The position numbers were made by a program, and so were the translations under genes. Shown one piece after another: positions 8,483-17,745 of a stretch of 64,000 nucleotides of DNA. The stretch lies in IMG/VR virus record IMGVR_UViG_3300045988_182799; one strand, given 5' to 3'. This DNA is from a virus. The number at the start of each line of letters is the position of its first letter. Position 1 is the first letter of the stretch. The notes under the pieces were generated by a model. The model was given only the letters and a program-made list of their open reading frames with translations. It was not told where the DNA came from and ran no database searches.

Positions 8483-8510
8483 AGTTTACTCAATTCGCAC
8501 AAACGCGCAA
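8483..8510 (-). promoter_or_regulatory. promoter a of the conserved-spacer family
   Basis: Minus strand TTGCGC-gttTGTGCGAATTGag-TAAACT. Confidence 0.5.
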
Positions 8511-8530
8511 GAAGGCAACATGAAACGGTT

Positions 8531-9024
8531 TTATTTCCATTCCATATATGGAATATGTGCCAGCATAAGCAAACACACTTCAAGATTTGATTCGATGTAA
8601 CGAGCAATTGTATCGAATCGTTGATTCAGACTCAATGACTCAAAAGTGTAGCCGGATTCAGAGAGAATCATTTCCTCGCTGCTGGTATACATAACATTGA
8701 GCATCGCCGTCAATGCTTGCAGGATTTCCGTATCGCAGTCCTTCTTTGTGAAGAAGAAATATCGTGTTGAGTTCCCATCGGTGATGCCGATTTTGCCTTC
8801 ATAGCCATCAAAACTTGCAAGGTCGCCGAATAGGCTGCAAGCAATATAGCCAAGCTTTTCTTCAACCGGCACAGTGACCCACAAAGGATAACGCTCGTTT
8901 GGCTGAAAATCAGCCTTGCCACAGTTATACTCCCACTCAATGAAAGCACGAATACTGATAACTTCTCCGTACGGCGTAATGAATTTGACGTTTTCCAATT
9001 TACTCACCTCGCTTGTGCGCCACA
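8531..9024 (-). CDS. hypothetical protein; probable start at internal ATG ~9024 (possibly leaderless)
   Basis: The track ORF 8531-9175 overlaps the upstream gene by 74 nt, and its first 50 codons run through promoter b. An ATG lies ~7 nt downstream of the TACAAT -10 with no SD, consistent with a leaderless mRNA. Confidence 0.45.
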
Positions 9025-9030
9025 TGATTT

Positions 9031-9058
9031 TATTGTATTCAATTCGCAATGAAAAGCA
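9031..9058 (-). promoter_or_regulatory. promoter b of the conserved-spacer family
   Basis: Minus strand TTGCTT-ttcATTGCGAATTGaa-TACAAT. Confidence 0.5.
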
Positions 9059-9101
9059 AAAAGAGGGGCCGCCTGGCGGCAGCCCCTCGAATGCAGTGCG
9101 A

Positions 9102-9611
9102 TTAGTATTTTCCGGTTTGAATGCCCGGGATGGCTTCGATTTCCTTGAGGATGTTTTCGAAGTTGTGCATGACATACGAAGAAATCTCGCACATCTTCTC
9201 CTCGTGGTTCAGGGTGTCGAATTTGGCAAAGGCGCTGTTTTCCTCGTAGGCCGCTTTGACCTCTGCGTAAATACGCTCGAATACATTCGCGGCTTTAATA
9301 GCAACCTTGTCTGCGTAAAACGGGCACCAGACCTCTTTGGTGGTGTTGGCGGTTTTGATGAGGATAGGCTCTCCCCTGTCGTCGCCATTGCCCAGCATTT
9401 GGAACAATGACATAGACATAGCCTGCATCATCTGGGACGGAGTCAACTCCTCCCATTTGGTGTCGGGCTCGGCAATCTTGCAGCTGTTGAACTTGGCGTA
9501 TGCACAGCCGGTCTCGGCCTGGTAGTTCTTGTCGCGGGTTTCTGCATAGAGAAATTCGGCAACATCTTTGGTCGGCATGGATTTGCCCATCAGAATAACA
9601 GTTTTGCTCAT
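9102..9611 (-). CDS. hypothetical protein (169 aa)
   Basis: Intact ORF. No recognised motif. Confidence 0.55.
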   Translation of the reverse strand: MSKTVILMGKSMPTKDVAEFLYAETRDKNYQAETGCAYAKFNSCKIAEPDTKWEELTPSQMMQAMSMSLFQMLGNGDDRGEPILIKTANTTKEVWCPFYADKVAIKAANVFERIYAEVKAAYEENSAFAKFDTLNHEEKMCEISSYVMHNFENILKEIEAIPGIQTGKY

Positions 9612-9635
9612 GGTGGTATTCTCCTTTTTGAAAAA

Positions 9636-11069
9636 TTACATCGTCGGACTTTGCGGCAGCCACTGCTGCGGATAAGAACGAAGCAGATTCTTCGGCACAC
9701 AATCATTCAGTGCAGAGTTCTCAGCAAGTGCCATGTCGATGATGTAGTAATCATCACCGTTGCGCATCACATCAACACTCCACTGCCCTGTCAGCTCTAC
9801 GTGCGGGATAACCTTCTTCAGCTCATCCAGAACAATCTGGACACTCTCCTTGTAGCGCTTTTCCAGCACATCCTCGTGCATCTGGTAGATAACGTAGTCG
9901 TGCCGTTCCTGCGGACTGCTCACTTCCTGGAATTTGCCCTTCATCACATCGCTGCGCCAGTAAGGACTCACTCCGAGAATTGTCTTGGCATCGAAGTCCA
10001 CAAACACGCGGTATTCAGTGTGCAGCGGCAGACCGTTATAGATAGTCGGGTTTCCTTCCTTGTCTTTGATATACTCTCTGACAACCCATTCATTGGTCGT
10101 ATTTGCCCCATAGAAGCAATGTCCATTGGTGGGCGCTGCCATAGAACAGGTCAGGTGGTTCAGAAACAAGAAATACTCGCCTATCTCACGGACCTCTTGC
10201 GGTTCCTGGACATGAGCATTGCGAAACTCGTACTTGGAAGAGTAGGTGCCGGTTTTGATAAAGTAGTCGCCGTCATCGTTCAGATGGAAGATTCTCTTGC
10301 AGTAACGGTTCACAATCGCCTTCGTCACGGGATTCAGCGTCTCAAAGCCGAGTCTCGTGAGTTGGAGCATCGTGATGGGCACATGTAGGAGTTTCGTCTC
10401 CGGCACCTTGAAGAACTTATTACCGTCTAAGCCTTTAACCAACGGCGGCAGCCAGTAGCTCATGGTGTTCGGATTCATTTCGAGCATCTGATATGTGATG
10501 TCATCGAGGTCCAGAATATCGAGGCCCTGGCGGAACATGTGATACTGCATCGCCTTGTTTCGGTCATTTCTCGCATCGAGATACGCCTTGTAGTGGCTGA
10601 GCAGCACCTTGTAAGATGGCTCAGAAATGTCAATCTTCATCAGATTGCCGGTCAGCTGCGGCCGAAGTTCTTCCGGGAACTTCTTGAGGTCCTCATTCGT
10701 AACCGGCGGAAGGATATGCTGGTTAGTAGAATACCGCACGTAATATCCACCACGCTCCGGCTCATAGATGTACATTCTGGTGCCATCCATCAGCTCGGCA
10801 ACAATTTGGTCAATGAGATTGTCCAGCTCTTTCGTAAAAGGCACGCTCTTATCGAGCATTGCCTTTACGGTTGCGGTATCCCACTGGAGAAGATTGTCAG
10901 ACAGTGTCCCACTTTCCAGCACTTGGGTTTTGTAGACATCCTCAAAGGTTTTAAGAGCATCAGGGCTTGTTTTCAGCATCGATGCAAGCTCTTCATAGGA
11001 AAACGGCTCATTTTCTTTCTTAGATAGCATTGCACCGATTTGAGCAAGCATGTCATTGAACTGAGCCAT
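9636..11069 (-). CDS. hypothetical protein (477 aa), possibly with a C-terminal ATP-grasp-like fold
   Basis: The C-terminal region (...FIKTGTYSSKYEF...EYRVFVDFDAKTILGVSPYW...) resembles the ATP-grasp strand pattern. Weak, by-eye only. Confidence 0.55.
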   Translation of the reverse strand: MAQFNDMLAQIGAMLSKKENEPFSYEELASMLKTSPDALKTFEDVYKTQVLESGTLSDNLLQWDTATVKAMLDKSVPFTKELDNLIDQIVAELMDGTRMYIYEPERGGYYVRYSTNQHILPPVTNEDLKKFPEELRPQLTGNLMKIDISEPSYKVLLSHYKAYLDARNDRNKAMQYHMFRQGLDILDLDDITYQMLEMNPNTMSYWLPPLVKGLDGNKFFKVPETKLLHVPITMLQLTRLGFETLNPVTKAIVNRYCKRIFHLNDDGDYFIKTGTYSSKYEFRNAHVQEPQEVREIGEYFLFLNHLTCSMAAPTNGHCFYGANTTNEWVVREYIKDKEGNPTIYNGLPLHTEYRVFVDFDAKTILGVSPYWRSDVMKGKFQEVSSPQERHDYVIYQMHEDVLEKRYKESVQIVLDELKKVIPHVELTGQWSVDVMRNGDDYYIIDMALAENSALNDCVPKNLLRSYPQQWLPQSPTM

Positions 11070-11401
11070 CAGTAGCCCTCCTCATCGGAAATCTCATCTG
11101 CCGTCAGGTCTTCGTTGAAGTCCACGGTCAAATCAGCAACCGGCGCGTCCAGCTTTTTAAGGCCGAACGACTCATAGAAGCCATCAGGAATCTCGGCCGC
11201 ATCACCCCAGTTGAAGTAGCCACTGTTGAGTCGCAGCGTCTTTTTGCCTTCTTCGGTATCCAGATAAGACTTTACGGCGTTGCGTACTTGCGTGAGAACG
11301 TCATACGTTTTTTCAGAGTCATACTCAAACTGCAACATGGTCGTCTCGGTGCTGAATGGGCCTATGATTTCGTTTGCTGCGATAGTAAAAATTTTAGTCA
11401 T
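11069..11401 (-). CDS. small highly acidic protein (110 aa)
   Basis: Rich in Asp/Glu and ends ...DEISDEEGY. Its stop overlaps the downstream gene start. Sits behind promoter c. Confidence 0.55.
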   Translation of the reverse strand: MTKIFTIAANEIIGPFSTETTMLQFEYDSEKTYDVLTQVRNAVKSYLDTEEGKKTLRLNSGYFNWGDAAEIPDGFYESFGLKKLDAPVADLTVDFNEDLTADEISDEEGY

Positions 11402-11530
11402 GGTAAATACACTCCTTTGTTTTGACGCAAAAAGAGCGGGCCTCCCGCGTGGGAAGTCCGCTCTTCAAGCGAAATTGTGAATACGAAGGGCAAGTCGCCT
11501 TTTCGATTATGTTATCTATCGTACACTTTT

Positions 11531-11558
11531 ATCTTACGCAATTCGCATATTTTGACAA
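11531..11558 (-). promoter_or_regulatory. promoter c of the conserved-spacer family
   Basis: Minus strand TTGTCA-aaaTATGCGAATTGcg-TAAGAT. Confidence 0.5.
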
Positions 11559-11730
11559 CCGGGTGCTTTTGTTGGATGAATGACTGGATACGAGTGGCAT
11601 CGTCATATTCGAGATGAAGGGTCGCGTTTACCATATTAGTAATAGATTGGATTGGTTATTGGATAGAATTGGATAGATTTTGTATTGCTATGAGTTAATA
11701 TCTAATCAAGAACGGAACAGTTGATACCCT

Positions 11731-12888
11731 TTACGGCTTGCAATACCCGCAAGGTGTATAGCCCTGCTCGATTAGGTCATCGCGGGAACCTGTATAGTCT
11801 TTGCGGTTTGCATCGCTCATTTGAGCTACGGCGGAGCAGTCAGGCTTATGAAATTTCATAGAGTTTGTGTTCAGGACATAGGTACTGACCGTCGTATCCT
11901 TTTGCTGTGACTCCTCGACCTCGACTGTATCGGTGGTAGTGCTTTCTGCCGCCTGGTGATATTCGCCATAAGTGAAAGTGACGTCCTTACCGTCCGATGT
12001 GCAGTAGATGTCTCCCATCTCGTCAGTTCTGAAAACCTCAATGTCTTTGCTCTGGAGCTTTGCCAAAGTGATGTCGTGTGGATGACCATAGCTGTTGTCC
12101 TTGCCACAGGAAATAACAGCATAGGCTGGATTCACTGTGTCGAGGAACGCTTCGGATGTGGAGGTTCGAGAACCATGATGCCCTACCTTCAGAACAGTAG
12201 ATTGGATGTCTTGTCCAGACTGTAGGATAACATCTTCGGCAGGCTCTTCTGCATCACCCGTAAACAAGAATGAGGTTTCTCCATATACGATGCGTAGGAC
12301 AATGGAGGTATTGTTGGTATCATCCGGCACTGAGTTCACGGCGATAACAGTCACTTCGGCATCGCCAAGGGAGAATGTATCCCCTACCGACGGAATCGTA
12401 AGGCCGTTGCCTCTTTCTTCCGCTCGCTGCTTGAAGTTCCGAAAAGCTTTACTGTCGTACTCTGTGACAGGGCAATACGTGACATCAGCCGTCACGGCTT
12501 CGAATGCACCGGAAAGACCTCCGATATGGTCTTCATGGGCGTGCGTGCCAACAACATAATCCAGATGTCCGTCTGTCTCACGTTCCAGAACAGAATATAC
12601 GAGGTCAGAATCATCAACATTGCCACCGTCAATGAGCATCGAATGCCCATCACAGGTAACAAGAGCAGAGTCCGCCTGCCCCACATCAATGAAGTGGATA
12701 GTAAAGCTGCCGTCTTCCGTTACGCCAGCCGTCTGCTCGCTGTCAGAGACAGGACTTTCTGAGACGACCCCGGATACAGGAAGACTACCCGAATCAATCG
12801 GGGTCTGACCACAGCCTGCGAAGCTGAGCGTGAAGAGTGCCGCAACCGCTGCCGCTGCTCTCCGCAAGAATGTGTTTTTGCTTTGCAT
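11731..12888 (-). CDS. lipoprotein with a metallo-beta-lactamase fold (ComEC-C-like) and a C-terminal Ada-type Zn-binding-like domain
   Basis: Signal/lipobox ...LSFAGC. MBL motifs HFIDVGQADS...DGG and VGTHAHEDHIGG. C-terminus KFHKPDCSAVAQMSDANRKDYTGSRDDLIEQGYTPCGYCKP matches the FHxPxC...GYxPCxxCxP pattern of the Ada N-terminal Zn domain. Confidence 0.7.
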   Translation of the reverse strand: MQSKNTFLRRAAAAVAALFTLSFAGCGQTPIDSGSLPVSGVVSESPVSDSEQTAGVTEDGSFTIHFIDVGQADSALVTCDGHSMLIDGGNVDDSDLVYSVLERETDGHLDYVVGTHAHEDHIGGLSGAFEAVTADVTYCPVTEYDSKAFRNFKQRAEERGNGLTIPSVGDTFSLGDAEVTVIAVNSVPDDTNNTSIVLRIVYGETSFLFTGDAEEPAEDVILQSGQDIQSTVLKVGHHGSRTSTSEAFLDTVNPAYAVISCGKDNSYGHPHDITLAKLQSKDIEVFRTDEMGDIYCTSDGKDVTFTYGEYHQAAESTTTDTVEVEESQQKDTTVSTYVLNTNSMKFHKPDCSAVAQMSDANRKDYTGSRDDLIEQGYTPCGYCKP

Positions 12889-13017
12889 TGGAAATTTCTC
12901 CTTTCAAATAAAAAGAGCGGGCCTACCCCGGAATGGGATAAGTCCGCTCTTAAAACAGATTGTGAACGATAGAAAATCGTAACATCTTTATGTGTTTGGT
13001 ATCTATCGTACAATCAA

Positions 13018-13046
13018 TATTGTAGTCAATTCGAAAGGAATGGCAA
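13018..13046 (-). promoter_or_regulatory. promoter d of the conserved-spacer family
   Basis: Minus strand TTGCCA-ttcCTTTCGAATTGac-TACAAT. Confidence 0.5.
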
Positions 13047-13051
13047 GGCCT

Positions 13052-13273
13052 TCACTTTTGGTTATGGGACACTTTAAGGTCAGCATAAATGCAGCACCCA
13101 ATAAGACCCAGGCTGCAGATACATCCAAGTGCTATATGGCGAGGATAAAGAATAAGCCAAGTTGGGTCAGTCATCGCCTTTGCCCAAAAAAGAACGTCCG
13201 CCAAAGCAATGGTGAGCGGAATGATAATGGTCTTTGTGACCTTCCAGATTTTCAGTAGTTTTTCCTTTGACAT
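13052..13273 (-). CDS. small membrane protein (73 aa, two predicted TM segments)
   Basis: Hydrophobic stretches IIIPLTIALADVLFW and LGCICSLGLIGCCIY. Confidence 0.45.
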   Translation of the reverse strand: MSKEKLLKIWKVTKTIIIPLTIALADVLFWAKAMTDPTWLILYPRHIALGCICSLGLIGCCIYADLKVSHNQK

Positions 13274-13285
13274 CTTTTGGCACTC

Positions 13286-14059
13286 CTAAGCAGACAGCGT
13301 GGCTCTGACGACATAGCGTTGGTTTGTGGTTTGGTAGTATCCGAACGGATAGCAGGTATACATCACGAGCCGGTCGGTGGTGTCCGAAAGGTCCACAAGA
13401 ATGGTTCCATCATCGGCCACCACAGTGCCCGCGTCTGCCGTTACCGTTCCCGGCCTGGCAGAATCTACCGTATATACGTATTGTCCGTAGTCTGTAGTGA
13501 CCACAAATTCGTCACCAATACTTACGTATTGAAGCAAAGCCAAAGTGCTGTCGTTATGGGAGCAAAGAAGATGACAACCACCGTAGCCTACCTGATAGGA
13601 GCCTGTGTACTGATATACACCGCTGCGGCTGTCGAGGAGAGCTTGGTCATCGCCCCAGATAAGGGAAGCGTTGATACCTACGCTGCTGCATGAGACTGTC
13701 CCGTAGGAAGCGCCATACGTGGCAGGCACCACATCACCCCATACGCTGGTCGTGAGTGGAGCCGGAGTATCTGTAGGGACCGGTGTTGGTGCTTCTGTCG
13801 GTTCAGGCGTCTGTGTAGGAGTAGGCTCTGGTGCAGCTGTTGGTTTCGACAAAGGAGCATGAGGTGTGGGTTCCGGGATGCTGTCGGTGCTTAGATAAAT
13901 CGCATCATTCGCTGTCTCAGCCGTTGCCGCTGATTCCGTTGTGCTGGCAAAAGAGTCTGGTGGTACTGATACGGGAGTAGATGCACTACTCGCGCAAGCT
14001 GTGGCAAAGGTCAGTACGCCTACTGCCACAGCAGTTATCACTGCTTTTGTCCGTCTCAT
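13286..14059 (-). CDS. sortase-family transpeptidase-like protein with a Pro/Thr-rich linker
   Basis: N-terminal signal plus lipobox (TFATAC), PT-rich linker, catalytic-like LVMYTCYPF (TLxTC motif), and downstream Arg (YVVRATL). Confidence 0.55.
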   Translation of the reverse strand: MRRTKAVITAVAVGVLTFATACASSASTPVSVPPDSFASTTESAATAETANDAIYLSTDSIPEPTPHAPLSKPTAAPEPTPTQTPEPTEAPTPVPTDTPAPLTTSVWGDVVPATYGASYGTVSCSSVGINASLIWGDDQALLDSRSGVYQYTGSYQVGYGGCHLLCSHNDSTLALLQYVSIGDEFVVTTDYGQYVYTVDSARPGTVTADAGTVVADDGTILVDLSDTTDRLVMYTCYPFGYYQTTNQRYVVRATLSA

Positions 14060-14101
14060 ATAACAAGTCCTTTCTGGTCGTTAGTAAAAATCAAAGCTGC
14101 C

Positions 14102-14767
14102 TCAATGCTTAACGAATCGAGGCAGCTTTTTGGCAACGGACATGATAAGCCATTTTTGCGTTTCTTCTGAGAGTTGGTGCGGTTTGCACTCTACCTTCTT
14201 GCGGATACCATAGGTGCTTTCACCGTCATAGTAAATCAGGACACCGATGCCATCGGGAATTTCGCCTTTCACTTTTTTATAGAGAGCCGTCGGCATAGCA
14301 TAGTAGTTGCAATGCCCTACAAAGTTGTGCCCGTGGTCAGAGTGAAAGTCCCCTACTGAGATTTTAATTTCTACACAGGTGATGACGGTATCAATCGTGT
14401 AGAGATGCTGTGTCTTATACAACCTACAGAACCGCTCGGTGCAAGGTTCGTTGCGAAAATTCCAGTTGGAGATGTCCTTCGGACAATTCACTTCCTGCGT
14501 CCATTGTTCGATAGACGGCATAACGAGGTCTTTATCCTCGTCGGAGTACATCGACAATTTGCAAGTTCCACACTTTGTCTCAGAAGTAAAACACTCCTGC
14601 ACACGGACGAAATCTACAAGCCCAGAGCGTGTCGTGCCGCACTCCACAGGCACTTCAAGAGCATCGAAGCCCTGGCGGAATGTATCCGTTCTATACCCGC
14701 CGTAGTTGGTTGGATTCCAGTTATGGAGCGCCACCTCAATTTCGCGGGTCAATTGTGTTTTAGCCAC
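14102..14767 (-). CDS. Cys-rich hypothetical protein (221 aa)
   Basis: Intact ORF with multiple Cys pairs (CGTCK, CPKD..C.ERFC). No fold assigned. Confidence 0.5.
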   Translation of the reverse strand: MAKTQLTREIEVALHNWNPTNYGGYRTDTFRQGFDALEVPVECGTTRSGLVDFVRVQECFTSETKCGTCKLSMYSDEDKDLVMPSIEQWTQEVNCPKDISNWNFRNEPCTERFCRLYKTQHLYTIDTVITCVEIKISVGDFHSDHGHNFVGHCNYYAMPTALYKKVKGEIPDGIGVLIYYDGESTYGIRKKVECKPHQLSEETQKWLIMSVAKKLPRFVKH

Positions 14768-14784
14768 TTGTGTTTACCTCAGAA

Positions 14785-14901
14785 TATCATGGCCCAGCTG
14801 AATCATCTTTTTACGCTTTTTGTGCAAAGAGACAAGATGCGCAACGGCAGCTGCGATACCGGCTACCATTACCATTTTCAGAAACTTCTTCATGGGGGTT
14901 C
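14785..14901 (-). CDS. small hydrophobic peptide (38 aa), not in ORF track
   Basis: ATG preceded by AAAGGAGAA. Encodes MKKFLKMVMVAGIAAAVAHLVSLHKKRKKMIQLGHDILR: one TM segment and a basic tail. Confidence 0.35.
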
Positions 14902-14911
14902 TCCTTTCAGG

Positions 14912-15805
14912 TTACGCCTTTTTCTTGGCTTTTTTGGCTTCAGGCTTTACGATACGTCCCGTGGCGTCGTAGATGTTGTACGGGAAATCACCGTCATTGA
15001 TGCGCTTTGCGACACGCTGGCCGGTGGCAGTCTTATAATACTGGTTCAGTCGGTTCGCAGTACGGTAGAAGGCATACTTTGCATACTGTGTGCCGGTTTT
15101 TGAAGTGTTGTTGCGAATCAGGTCATCACGCAGCATGACGGCATAGTGCTCGGCTTCATTGGTCGTGAAACCGCTATAGAAAACTTCGAGAAACTTGGCG
15201 ATATAGGCTTCGGGCACATCGTTCATCGCTGCCACAATCATGGCGGCGGTGATACCGGCGGAAGACAGGCCACGCATCGAACCACGCTTAATATGGCTCG
15301 TGACCATCTCAATCTGAGGCCGATACTTGGCGAGCCACTCGGTCAGGTCTTCCTCATGGCTTAAATTGGAGCCGGAAAACATACGGCCGATAAGGTTGGC
15401 TGCCGAGAGAATTGTTTTGTCGGTCCAACTCATGTCGTAGTCTGACATCTGGACACGGTTCGCCATCGAGCGGCTGTTGCCGGAATCGATGTGCTGAGAC
15501 TTGGGCGCATTGAAGGTCACGTTCATGCGCACAGTGACACCGGATTCTACCACCGCCATCAGACGGTGCTGACCATCGACCAACGTGCCATCGGTGGCAA
15601 TCGCAATGCCCTGATGAGTCGTGTCCCAGTGACCCTCGCGCATATCCTTTGCCATTTTCTTGACCTTGGCAAAGTTCACGTTGCGGTTATTGGTGTTCTT
15701 CTCCAGCCACTGCTTTGCCAGTGCGGGCGTAACGACATAGCCGTCACGAGTATGCTGTTCAAAATTATAACGTCCCATTGTGATTCCTTCCTGCCTTATA
15801 GGCAT
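14912..15805 (-). CDS. ParB-like nuclease domain protein
   Basis: ParB/Srx-fold signature ...GTLVDGQHRLMAV... within a 297-aa protein with a Lys-rich C-terminus. Confidence 0.65.
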   Translation of the reverse strand: MPIRQEGITMGRYNFEQHTRDGYVVTPALAKQWLEKNTNNRNVNFAKVKKMAKDMREGHWDTTHQGIAIATDGTLVDGQHRLMAVVESGVTVRMNVTFNAPKSQHIDSGNSRSMANRVQMSDYDMSWTDKTILSAANLIGRMFSGSNLSHEEDLTEWLAKYRPQIEMVTSHIKRGSMRGLSSAGITAAMIVAAMNDVPEAYIAKFLEVFYSGFTTNEAEHYAVMLRDDLIRNNTSKTGTQYAKYAFYRTANRLNQYYKTATGQRVAKRINDGDFPYNIYDATGRIVKPEAKKAKKKA

Positions 15806-15855
15806 GTAATATGACTGATTTATATTTACTGTGATTTGTCGATGAATGAGATGGA

Positions 15856-16362
15856 TTAGATGACGGGCTTTTCCGCAGAATACTGCCGATTGACCAGTTC
15901 CTGTGTACTCATGGCGCAGAACCCTGCATCAGCGGCCGCGTCAACCGCCTTGAAGTAGTCATCCACAAAGAGAATTTGGGAAGGCTCTAAGCCGTAGACT
16001 TTGGCAAACATCTGCATAACGGTCACTTTGCGTTCCGGGCTGGATGTGCCAAGCATGTCATGGAACTGGCCCGGAAAGTGCATTTCAAGCCATTGTTTTT
16101 TGAACGGCAGCGTGATGCTGTCCTGCACAAAAGAGATGCAGTATTTCGGAATGTCGGGGCAGCTCTCAAGGAAGTGCTGGATGAGGTCATTGGGCTCACC
16201 GATTTCATCAAAGACTCGGTAGCCGTCCTTCGTTTCTTTTTCCCGGCGCAGGAGCCGTTCCCTGTGGGCCTCTCCCGTAGCATCGAGCCGATGTTCCCGA
16301 TAGTGGATAAGCAGTGTATCATCAAAATCGAAGAACATCATCTTGATTTTTGAAAGGTTCAT
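15856..16362 (-). CDS. HAD-superfamily phosphatase (5'(3')-deoxyribonucleotidase/NT5C-like)
   Basis: HAD motif I FFDFDDTLL sits near the N-terminus once the start is placed at ATG ~16362 (RBS AAAGGAGAA). The size and motif spacing fit NT5C-like phage/plasmid dNMP phosphatases. Confidence 0.6.
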   Translation of the reverse strand: MNLSKIKMMFFDFDDTLLIHYREHRLDATGEAHRERLLRREKETKDGYRVFDEIGEPNDLIQHFLESCPDIPKYCISFVQDSITLPFKKQWLEMHFPGQFHDMLGTSSPERKVTVMQMFAKVYGLEPSQILFVDDYFKAVDAAADAGFCAMSTQELVNRQYSAEKPVI

Positions 16363-16375
16363 GTCGTTTTCTCCT

Positions 16376-16669
16376 TTATTTGTAGGCAATTTCATGGTTT
16401 GTGACATCAGATTCTGTCAGGAAAACATCACTATAGTCGTCCTCATCCGTTCCAGCGCAAACATGGTGTTCATAAGGCATAGAGCCTTCTTGCTCCACAT
16501 CAATGCGCCAGATACTGTCGGTGTAGTGGACGAACAAAACCGTGTCATCTTCCAGAAAGAGCCAGACACCGGCCACATCATAGCAGCCGATTTCATCCAC
16601 TGCATAATTTGAATTGTCCAAGCAGACGAGGTCGTCGCTCGAACCGTAGATTTTAACCATCATATACAT
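16376..16669 (-). CDS. hypothetical protein (97 aa)
   Basis: Intact acidic ORF. Confidence 0.5.
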   Translation of the reverse strand: MYMMVKIYGSSDDLVCLDNSNYAVDEIGCYDVAGVWLFLEDDTVLFVHYTDSIWRIDVEQEGSMPYEHHVCAGTDEDDYSDVFLTESDVTNHEIAYK

Positions 16670-16944
16670 CCCTGCTTTACTTCACGATGCAATCTTTTAC
16701 CGCAGCTTCTGACTCTGCGTACTGCCGAGCATGACTTTTGGCTGCCACCAGCAGAGCATCCTACTCAACCTGAAGCACTGCCTGCATTGAGGTGTGCTGT
16801 TTCCGCTTTGCACGTGAAACGGCATGCTGCCTGACCGCCTGGCGGATGGCTGCGTTTGTGTGTTGGATGCTGGCGGTTTCCTCACGCGAAAAGTTTTTGT
16901 CCGTATTTCCTTGAAGATTAGACTCAGTTACAGCCTTTGCAAAC

Positions 16945-17745
16945 TTAATAGATGTCGTCATAGCTGCCTCCGATTCCGGCCCAAAGAGCTTCATCACTCA
17001 AGTCGTTGCGAGGGCACTTGATAATGCCCGCTTCTCTTAAAATTTGTCTTGCTTCCTTTGGCGTTAAGCCGTATTGCTTGGCGAGATTCGATAGAGACTG
17101 ATTTGGGATAGCTCTGGCTTGTGTAATCAATCGCCTTTTCTTTTCTGTCCAATCGATTGCTAAGCTCTTGTTTTTTGGAGCTGAGAGAGCGGTTCTTTCA
17201 AGGTCTTTTTCGAGGTCTTTTTGGTATTTTTTTGCGGCCGCCTGAATGCCGCTGACCGTCATTCCCCATTTATCAGCAATCTTTTTATAAGACATGCCAC
17301 TGATGTAGTCTTCATATATTTGTTTGTTTCTGGCGTGCTTTTCCTGAACATCTTTCTGGCGATAGAGGCGCGTCTTCGCCAAACCTTCACGCTCTTTTTG
17401 ATACTTTTTCACGATTGACCGAACGCAGCTACTGGTAACGCCCCATTTCTCCGCTATTTTGATGCAAGACGCACCACTTATAAACTCTTCATAAATTTGC
17501 TTGTTTCTGGTATGTTTTGCCTGTGCATTTTTCTGCCAGTCAAGGCGTGTCTTCGTTAAACCATATTTGGGGTCAGAACGTAGAATTTCGACAATTCTAT
17601 AGCAAGAAAGGCTATATTTGTCCGCCAACTCCAAGACACATACACCATCCATATAATCTCTGTAAATGGCGTCATTGCGTTCTTTCAAAGATTCATAGAC
17701 GCCGTTATTCTTTGCCTTCATCATAGTATCGCTGCTTCTCATCAC
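16945..17745 (-). CDS. multi-HTH DNA-binding protein (three tandem Mor/sigma70-region-4-like repeats plus a fourth HTH)
   Basis: Three repeats of RN.QIYE.(F/Y)ISG.S..KIA.KWG.T.S.(V/I)......KKYQK, followed by LSNLAKQYGLTPKEARQIL. Confidence 0.65.
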   Translation of the reverse strand: MMRSSDTMMKAKNNGVYESLKERNDAIYRDYMDGVCVLELADKYSLSCYRIVEILRSDPKYGLTKTRLDWQKNAQAKHTRNKQIYEEFISGASCIKIAEKWGVTSSCVRSIVKKYQKEREGLAKTRLYRQKDVQEKHARNKQIYEDYISGMSYKKIADKWGMTVSGIQAAAKKYQKDLEKDLERTALSAPKNKSLAIDWTEKKRRLITQARAIPNQSLSNLAKQYGLTPKEARQILREAGIIKCPRNDLSDEALWAGIGGSYDDIY

